The notes below the pieces were generated by a model. It had not been told where the DNA came from. It made no database searches and saw nothing but the letters and a program-made list of their open reading frames with translations. From Azolla caroliniana (taxonomy: Eukaryota; Plantae; Polypodiophyta), in NCBI GenBank assembly GCA_043228905.1, contig JBHGNT010000012.1:1860001-1924000 (forward strand): a stretch of DNA of 64,000 nucleotides, written 5' to 3'. Of the stretch, positions 54,499-64,000 are shown in pieces. Made by a program: the position numbers and the translations under genes. Position 1 is the stretch's first letter. Every line of letters begins with the position of its first letter.

Positions 54499-56805
54499 CC
54501 ATATAATATCCCGTGGTAAGAATTTACCGTAGTATTCTATACACGTGGATAAGTGTGAGGGTTAAACGAGAGTGTAAAGAAGGGGAGGATTACTTTTAAT
54601 CCTCGGGATTGAGACAACCCATTAGGTCAAGTGTGAACTTGCCTGGGGGCCTTGGGTATCGCTATAAATAAGAGGCCTAGCTACCCTCATTTGATCATCT
54701 TTTGACTACATCGAGACTCTGCTCGTGTGGTGGGTCAACTCTTGTAGCGAGCGCACCAGCACCAGGTACGATTCGACGCCACGACGGCGGTATGGGACGC
54801 CGATCGAGGCTCGAGTCCGTCTCGATCCCTTCACTCGGGGGTGGTCGGGTGGATCGACACCCTTCTTTCTCTTTCTCCTTTCTATCTTTCATTTCTTTAT
54901 CCTTATCTTAAGCTTACTTTAGTACCTAGATCTATAATACTGGCAACAAGATAGGTATGGGGATAGGCATGGCAAGGCTGACCATACTAGATCTCTTAGA
55001 AAACATGCTCCCTTGTCACTTTGGGAGCAACGTAAGGATGGGCATGGCAGGGAGAGGGTGTGCACGAGTTGGGAATAGAACAATTGATCCTTGGTTGTAT
55101 CCTTAAAAATGGTAACCACCCCTGTAGTGGTTCAAGCAAAGGTCACATGAATGTGACGAAGGCACCGATTTCCTCGCATGGTCTTGTTTACACCATGTAT
55201 TTTGGGTGGATGAATCCAAGAGCTAGAAGCAAGAAATCATGTTGTCAGAAAAACTTACCCATGTTGAACTGTTGGATAAAGCAATCATATTAGAGATTAG
55301 CAATGACAAGTGTTGGTAGTTGATGATGTTTAAAGGCTAAGATGAGTGCAGGGGTGTTTCGTTATGAAGAACATTGGTGATTAAGAAGAGTGGCAAAGAT
55401 GAAACATCATGCGAGATGTGCAATGTTATCAATGCGTTGTTGTTGTTGTAAATGTATGTAGGCAAGCAATGTAGGTTCATTTTGTTGTGCAAGCCTCATC
55501 CCTATATAGCTTTTATTTTTTGAATGAATCAACTGGTTACTAGAATATATGTTTGGTCTTTCCAACTAAGTACATCATAATGGTTTATCTATTATGATGA
55601 GGTAGGAATGACGGCTTCATACGGCAACAAAGGCAGAGAAAAGGTTGGAAACGAAAATTAGGGTAGGGACGAAAAAGGGTAAAGCAAAAGGGGGGGAAAG
55701 AGAGGGGAGGGAGTTGAATGTAATAGTAACCTTATTGTCTAGGAGGATGTCAAATTTGACCGATGGGGCACCTAAACATATCATCTTGTATTTGACGCCT
55801 TCCTTTCCATGAGGATTTTACTACTCTACTATGAAAAACCTCTATATGAAGATATTGCACGCACATATGCGCTCACCAAGTAGTGAGTTGAAATATATAA
55901 CAAACAATATGAAAAGAAGCTCATCGGAGTGGATGAATCCACATACTAGCATGACATGGATGCATAATCAACACAAATGTATTTATGAACTCAATGCATT
56001 TCTACATGGGTCGAAAAGCTTGACGTTGTGGGGGGTGGGTCAACTTTGCTATGAAGGCCAGCTTATAATATCAAGGGTAGGTGTTATAACTTATAGTAAG
56101 GATCAATTATGTAGTTATACACACACGCGCACGCACGCACACACATTCACTCAGACATGCACACAAAAGTTTCGCTTCCACGTAGATCATATTGCATTAG
56201 TTTACTTGATTACAAGTTAGAGCGATGTTAGACAAACAACGAGTACAACGGATGCCCATACTTTAGGAGTTTAAGTTTGATATACATACTTCACATACGT
56301 GGAACATAAGTTCACATAATTGTGGATTTCTTCTAAATAAAAAGAATGAATCCCAAAGTGGGTTTTTCTAACCACTTTAATTTTGACGAAAGGTCAATCC
56401 TCATTGATAGTTTGGACCTTGCCGAGGTGATCCTAGGAATGGCATGCATCCCTTATTATAGCCTACCGCTAGAAGGGCTCACCATGGACAAGTAGAAACT
56501 GGACTTAATTTGCAACAATAACTTCTGCCTCAACAAAGTGTTTTTACCGCAAGGAGTACACTAGAAGACACAACACGGAAACATGTAGAGCTCAAACGCG
56601 TCCCCGCAGAAGAGAGAGGGTACCCATTGTTCAGGATCTCGGGAAGCACGTAGACGGGACGACACATAGATAGAGAAGCTCCAATGAGTACACATGTGAA
56701 ATAGTCCGACAACCCCAAATCTCGGCCACTGAACAATTATACAATGAGCCGACCGACCCCCCGAGTAGCCCCTCAAAGAAGAAATCAGAGAGAATACATA
56801 CCCTC

Positions 56806-56980
56806 CACATATTATCCCAGAGGGGTATTTCGGGAAATACATTTGGTGTCCACATATGATCCCGGAGGGGTATTTCGGAAAATACATTTTGTGTCCACAT
56901 ATTATCCCAGAGGGGTATTTCGGAAAATACATTTTCTTTCTACATATATCCCAGAGGGGTATTTCAGGAAATATAATTTC
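56806..56980 (+). repeat. Four-copy tandem repeat (unit about 45 bp) just upstream of RBM22
   Basis: CATATTATCCCAGAGGGGTATTTCGGRAAATACATTT occurs four times. Confidence 0.9.
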
Positions 56981-57139
56981 TTTCTGTGTACACACAGAGA
57001 CTTCATCTTCTTCTTTTCTTCATCATCATCATCTCCTGTTTCTTCTTCTTCTTCTTCTTCTTCTTCTGTTTCTTTCTTTCTTTTCTGTCGGCCAGGCCTG
57101 CTCGTCCCTGTCTCTTCCTTGCATATCTATCTGCCAGCG

Positions 57140-60100
57140 ATGGCGCACAGGCTCCTCCGCGACGAAGTAGCCGATGGATGGGAGCGCTCCGATTTCCCCA
57201 TCGTCTGCGAGTCTTGCCTCGGAGACAATCCTTACATTCGCATGGTTAGTCTCCCCCTCTCCTTTTCGACCTTTTTTTTTTTTTGTTTCTCTCAAGGTCT
57301 CCCCCCGTGTCTTCAGACGCGACGTAAGCTCAGTTTTTTTTTTCTTTTTATTAGTAGTATTGTTATTATTATTATGTCGGCTTCCTGTTCCTCCTCGACA
57401 CGTCGTCTGGTGGGAGTTTAGATTCTTCCTTTTGTTGCACTCTTGTCTGGAATCGAGAATTGTTAAGCTATTTTGCGCATTCCTTTACTCCATAGGATCA
57501 AAAGTTGCGATCTCATGTTCGTTAGGAGCTCATCCCTGACACCCCTTATGATGGAAGATTATATTTTCCTTTCTCTTTTTGGTATTTTCTTCCTCAATCT
57601 GATCATGCATTGTGGTTCTATATTCTCTTACCGTCAAGTGGTGAGATGTTGAGGTTTTCTTTTCCTTTCTGTTGGTTTTTTGTTCGGATCAAATTCTAGT
57701 TTGACCTAATGGGGAGAGATAAGTTCTATTTGTGCCTTTCATGTTTTGTGATATCACATTAAACAAACATTATAATTTATTTTTACCGCAAGTTTATCTT
57801 CCAGACCATATATGGTGAAAGATTAGGTTTTTCTTTCCCTCACTATTGTGTTCTCAATAAGATCGGTGATTGTTTGACATCAAATGAGAGTTTAGATTTT
57901 TTCTTTTGCTTTATGCATAGTGTTCTTACTTCGATCAAACACTATGCATTTTTTTTACTCTGAATCAAAATCTTGGTTTAATTTTTGTTACAAGCTTATG
58001 TCTGAGACCTCATGTGACACGAGATTAGGTTCTTCTTTTCATGTCTTCGTTTCCTTCCTCTATATGGTGTTGATATCACACTTTGGCAAAAAATTATGCA
58101 GAGCAAGGCCCATTATGACAAGGAATGCAAGATATGCACTCGACCTTTCACGGTGTTCAGATGGAGACCTGGCCGGGATGCTAGATACAAGAAAACGGAG
58201 ATTTGTCAAACGTGCACCAAGCTGAAGAACGTATGTCAAGTATGTTTGTTGGATCTGGAGTATGGTCTGCCTGTGCAAGTAAGAGATTCTGCGCTCGGTA
58301 TCAATACAAATGATGTCATCCCGAAAAGTGATGTCAATCGTGAATATTTTGCTGAAGAGCATGATCGGAAGGTATTATAATTTACTTCGGTGGTAATTCT
58401 TTTCGTGTTTTTCCAATCATTTTTCTTCCGATTACCACTTCATAATGCTCTAATGTTAGGTAGGGTAAGATAAAATCCTCCCATAGTAGTACCTAATTTT
58501 GTGAAAAATTCACTTTTGTCTTCTGATTTTCGTGGTGTCAAGTTTGTGATTAGTACTTTTTAAAGCTCTAATGTTAGGTAGACGAAGATAAGATCCTGCG
58601 ATAGTAGTAATAAATTTTGTGAAAATTTATGCATTTATCTTCTGATTTTTGTGTTGAGTATGTGATTGCCACCTGATAATGTCCTAATTATAGAAAAGGT
58701 GCATGTAAGGTTGTTCGGTGGATATTGGTTCTGTGTATCATATTTTTAATTAACAGCATGATTGAAAGTAAGATAAGTTCCTTTGATGAGCATGCTAAAT
58801 CTTTTTGTGAATGTTTGGACAAATAGTCTTCTGATTGTGGTCTCAATCTTGTGATTGCCACTTTATTCTTATTTTGTAATATTCCACTCAGAAGTAAGAT
58901 CCTGTGATGGTATATGAACGTTTATCTTCTAATTTGTGAATTTCAAGACATTTTGTATTTTGATTGTGGTGTCAAGTATGGGACTGAAACCTTGTTGTTG
59001 AATAGCAGTTAGTGCATCTGTAGAGTAAGATTGCTGCCTTTGATTGCAATTGTTTGTGTGAAACCAAGTCATCTATTTTTGTGTCGTGTGAGTTTGAGTT
59101 GCCACCACATTGTAATTTACAACGTTCTAATAAATGGTAGGGTAAGGTAGGTTCTCCTCTGATGGTAGTTTTTATTTCCAGGCATTTATCTTTTGATAAT
59201 GATTTGTATGTGTGGCTGCAACCCCATTGTAATTTTCCAACTTTGTAGGCTAAGGCTGGGCTCGACTATGACTCATCCTATGGAAAAGTTCGCCCAAGTG
59301 ATACGATTATGAAGCTTCAGAGAACAACACCATACTATAAGAGGAATCGGGCACATGTCTGCAGTTTCTTCGTCCGTGGAGAATGCACTCGCGGAGCTGA
59401 GTGCCCTTACCGTCATGAGATGCCTATTGCTGGAGAGCTTTCTCAACAGAACATAAAGGATCGATACTATGGGTACACTTTTCTGCAGTTCAAGCATGCA
59501 TATTTTTACTATTGTTTGACAATAGAACATTCAAATATGGTAACACCCCTTAATTTGTTGGGTATTTACCAGATAATCCTAAATTTCAAAATCTACCTGA
59601 GTACCCCTCTGTAGTTGCAAATTGGAAAAGATAAAATTTACTCTGTATTATTAGTAGCTTTAATATCAGTAACTTTTTTGATGGTATGAATCAATTCATT
59701 GAACTTAACTGTATCCAATGTGTATTCTGATAATTTCTGGAGTTACAGGTATTTTTGAGCGTTATTTGTTTTTGTTTATCAATACATGCATCCAAAACCA
59801 CTAAGGTTCGATTTTGGGATTGATGTAGAGTGAATGATCCAGTTGCATCGATGCTGTTAAGAAAAGCAGGAGAGATGCCTTCATTGGAACCACCTGAGGA
59901 CATGACTATCAGAACACTGTATGTGGGTGGACTTGATGAAAGAATAACTGAAGATGACCTAAAAGACTTCTTCTATGCATATGGGGAAATTGAATCAATC
60001 AAGTTGGTTTCTCAAAGGGCATGTGCTTTCGTGACATATACTACGAGGGAAGATGCTGAAAAATCTGCTGAGAATCTGTCTAACAAGCTTGTTATCAAAG

Positions 60101-60531
60101 GTCTAAGGCTAAAATTGATGTGGGGTAGACCACAACAACCAAGATCTGAACTCGAGGACCAGGGCACGGATTTAGCTTCAAAGCAAATCATTGGTATGGG
60201 TAATCATGGAGGTATGCTTCCGAGGCCTGTCGTTTCACACTACTATAGTCATGAAGGGTTGCATAGCAACGAAGGACAGAGTTCTTTCAATTATTTCAAC
60301 ATTCCAACAGAGCGTCCTTTCTACCCTTCAATGGATCCTCAAAGAATGGGGTCTACCGTAGTTACACAGAATCCTGGTAGCGGCACATCTAATATGAGTG
60401 AGCAGGATTATGCTTATACAGTGTATACATCTTCAGTACCTTACCCACATCCTCAACAATATTGGCAACCTCCCATACCTCAGGAATCTCAGCATGAAAT
60501 ACAACATCCACAACAAGCATCGGCAGTGTGA
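57140..60531 (+). CDS. RBM22: Pre-mRNA splicing factor RBM22/SLT11 (plant MAC5): zinc-binding N-terminus, CCCH finger and RRM
   Basis: Exons 57140-57244, 58102-58371, 59249-59472 and 59829-60531 give [68 protein letters not shown] and TLYVGGL..CAFVTY. Confidence 0.96.
58445..58680. repeat. Intronic duplication of about 118 bp, with more decayed copies up to about 59200
   Basis: GCTCTAATGTTAGGTAG..AAGATAA.ATCCT..ATAGTAGTA..AATTTTGTGAAAA..TCTTCTGATTTT occurs twice. Confidence 0.7.
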
Positions 60532-63500
60532 TCTTCTCAATATTTTGAGGAGGGTGAGAGCTCTCGAGGGTAATTGGTGATCTTATCAATATTTGAATAT
60601 CAACCAGGGCGAGAGCTTTGGGGGATGATTTACTTCCTGAAGCAATGGCAAACTTTCTTTTCTCCTTTTCGGTACGATCAACTTCACAGTTCAGGAATTT
60701 GTTGTGGATCTCGCCCTGCAAATGTTGTAGATGTACTGTTTTACTAAAGAACGTTTACTCTAAGACACTCTTATGGAATTGTCTGATTCAAGTAAACTTT
60801 AGATTGTGTGCGATTTTGCCCATTTTTATGTCTGGAATTGCATAAAATTTCTCTCAATTCACAAAGATAAATACGAGTATGCTCTTTGTAAACACATGCA
60901 TATCTTTTGAAAACTGTGACTGTTTTTTCGGATTGATTGCAGTTTTATTGCTCTGCATCTTTTCTTTTGGGTCTTCTTGCATTTGCACCGGTTATTATCC
61001 ATGATGAACTTCAATCCGTTTACTCTGGACTATGCATAGAACCGTGTTTGTCCAACAACTAATTATGTACCTTTTCTATATGCAAAGAATTACTGTATAT
61101 TGGGCAGAGAAACTATAGCCATGTAACCATTGATGAAAGTCAACACATTGTTGTGGACCACACAAACAACTATGTCTGTTAGCACAGACTTAAGTAGTTA
61201 TTGTTTTCTATATGCAGAGAGTAGCCCTTTGTTGGTGTCCATAGGAAATGGGATGAGCTATATCCGCTGAGGTTCTCATAGGATCCCCATCCTTGATATC
61301 GGGTAGAATCTCAAGAGCCTCAAAGCCATGGATGCAGCACTGCTAGCAACCTGTTCTGACATTGAATCCCCAGTAAGGAAGACTTCACCTGAGTGTGAAG
61401 TACCTACATGATTAATATTCTCCATCATCATGTGTATGGGGATTCCCCCATTTCACCCTACTGCTGCTTCATTGCAAATCTAGAGCTCGTGGTGGCAAAA
61501 TGGGGTAGGGTAATTTATATACTTCGATTTGCTGTGAGCCTCAGCCAGATCCACGATATACATGGCCATGTATGTCACGTGATAATTTGTACTGAACTCG
61601 GCAGCTCACTCACAAAGAGCATGGTCACCCCTCCCAATCCTTGCAAGTGTTATGCCATGTACACATCTAGCGTGGATACTCTCATGGAAAGCCATGTATC
61701 TTTGGTAGGCCTTTCTTTGGACTTTGATGTAAACATTATGATATTTTGGCTACTCAACACCTTGTCTCACTGGATGTGTTCATAGATGCACATTGCAGCT
61801 CCAAAATGCACTGCGAATCTCATCAGATTGTGTTAGGAGCTCATATGTTGTGATGGGCTTGCCATCAATCATTGACTTGGCAATCATTGTAGGTAGATTG
61901 CTCCCTTTCCACGCTTTGTACATGTAAGACATGTCATGGTAAATGGCAAGTCCTCGAGGCCATATAGGATCGCCTGCTTTCTGAAGAAAGTGGTTCTTGT
62001 CTATTTGGACGAGAATTGGATGTTGGGGGGCTCCTTTCTTGCTGTCTTTGGTGGCTGTCCATGCTGCCACAAATAAGAATGGCGTTTTGCTTTAATGCAC
62101 CATTCTCTATCATCAACCTTGGGTATAGAGTTTGTGGGATATTTTCTCCCCCCTCCAAACATGATTGCTTAGCCTTGATCATCGTCTTCACTTATTGTTT
62201 ACAAACTGCACCTATCACTGCTTGATAATGTTGTGATTCATGTGATTGTCATCTTTTGAGCTGTGCCCATGTTTTTTGTGGAAGGCAATGCGAATATTCT
62301 TGTTGACTAGCTCATTTCAACATGATTGCTGAGACTTGATCTTTGTCTTCACTCCTTGTTTACCACTGTGCATACATCAATCCTAATCTTGTGAGTTGTT
62401 CGATTGTTGTCTTTCAAGTGCTTTGTTTGATCAACATGCCTTGATGCAAATGCCCATGTTTCATCACTTATACGTTGTTTTGCTTTCCATGAGTTTATCC
62501 ATGTGCCTTTCAACATTGCTATTCTCCTAACTTCATATGAGATTGCAATGTTTTCTTATGTATATGCATTACCATATCGTTATATTTTTATTTAGTGATT
62601 TGCCAATTTTTGTTGTAATTTTTGTTTGATTTGCCAAAGAATTGTTCTTATTTGATGCAAATTTGGAATAAGGACAAGTTGGGTGGCATTGGGTTTAGTG
62701 GATTGAACATGGAATTTATGTTCTCAAGTTGCTTGTACCTAACATCAAATGGGTGTAAAAACCAATATTTGAGAAAGTTATATGATACATCATTTACTCT
62801 TTATATGACATAGTGCATCAACATAATAAGAGTTAAAATCTTGACCTATGGTGCCACTATGCAATGAATTAGTCTCAATCTCACCATTGATGGGAAATCC
62901 CATATGGTGGTAAACCTTAAAGGTGACTTCATTTTTATTGATTATGAGCTGCTCATGGAGGTTGAAGTTTAATAATTAGGGATGAAGCTTAATCAATGTT
63001 GACTCTTGGTCAAATCAAAGCATTAATATACACATACATGAAATCCATTCCCATAAAAACCTTGAATGCTTTGCTTCATGTAATCTTGAATAGTAGTGCT
63101 ATTTTTTGCCCTTACCTAATGCCTTTGTAATGTAACAAGCTAATTAAGATAATGACTAAATTGAGTATCTCTTCCACAAACTTTTCTCATTTATAAGAAG
63201 GGTTAAAATTTTGCTTGAAATGGATAATGCACTCATATGAATTTGCCCCTAATTGCATTCGAGGCCTCTTAATACGCCAAGTAATTGTATTCCACGCTTC
63301 GTAATCAATCATTAACACTTCTTTCTTTTATTTTGCTCTCTTGTGAGACACTAGAAACATATGTGAATATGCACTAACAATTCCTTATGCTCTAAGAAAT
63401 CTTATATGAGGATGAAGGCCATCAAATCATTATAAGGGAAAACCGTAATGGTTTCACAGCCCCAACTTGCTACCGCATAATAGAAAAATGTTTTTTGAAT

Positions 63501-63572
63501 CTATAAGAGTATAATAGAATTGATGCATTTTTGTAGTAATTGCATCAAGAGAAGAAGAAGAAGATACAATTT

Positions 63573-63952
63573 TAACAATCGGCAACGGTTTGAACTGAAT
63601 TGAACCGCGACTTAACGATTTAAATGGTTTGGTTCGGTTTCAACCGCTAGAAACTGCGGTTTAATGGTTTTTTAAATTATTTAATTATTTTATTTTTAAA
63701 AAAATTTAAAAAAATGTTTTTAAACGATCTTTTCATTTTTAGACCTTATTCTCACATTTTAGGAACATCTTTAAAAATTTTAAAAAATGGAATATTTTAA
63801 ATTTAAAAATTAAAATTTGACCTAAGTTGAAAACCAAAACCGAACCACAAAACCGCGGTTTAACGGTTCCGTTAAGGTTTCAAAATTTTTAAACGGTTCG
63901 GTTTGACCCTCTCAAACCGAACCGAACCGAACCGAACCGTTGCCGATTGTTG
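63573..63952. mobile_element. hAT-type MITE, uninterrupted copy
   Basis: TIRs TAACAATCGGCAACGGTT...AACCGTTGCCGATTGTTG, GAACC repeats and an AT-rich core. Flanks GATACAAT(TT) and GATACAAC resemble a decayed TSD. Confidence 0.85.
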
Positions 63953-64000
63953 GATACAACTTACAAGTGAGGCTTCGATGAAGAGGTTTTGTTTTTGTAA

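Larger units (their letters stand above)
42593..54939 (+). mobile_element. Ty3/Gypsy chromovirus LTR retrotransposon, near intact, host of a nested Copia
   Basis: 455-bp LTRs 42593-43047 and 54485-54939, TSD CTGGC, PBS TGGTATCAGA at 43050, [15 protein letters not shown], gag-pol with chromodomain. Confidence 0.97.

Noticed and set aside
56561-57421. ORFs of 144-225 aa overlapping the 45-bp repeat and RBM22 exon 1
   Set aside because: They stay open because the unit is a multiple of 3 and the DNA is low-complexity. The conserved protein begins at ATG 57140.

Overview
Eukaryotic land-plant genomic DNA. The AT-rich spliceosomal introns and plant-type genes are seen directly; a non-flowering lineage such as a fern is only a guess. 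There are five spliced genes: the 3' part of chloroplast protease DEG8 (+), a Cys-type SelT-like thioredoxin-fold gene (-), a laccase (-), proteasome beta-3 PBC (-) and an RBM22/SLT11/MAC5 splicing factor (+). Between them lie two decayed Copia elements, a Gypsy gag relic, a solo LTR, an hAT-type MITE family and several local tandem arrays. There is also a near-intact chromodomain Gypsy (42593-54939) with a very young Copia (48885-54207) nested in its integrase. The best candidate for an undescribed system is the 1.7 kb non-coding leader of that Gypsy. It looks like a spliceable intron holding a five-unit hairpin-repeat/variable-spacer array, several long stem-loops and a tRNA-like module with A and B boxes. 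All coordinates were read by eye and may be off by a few bases.
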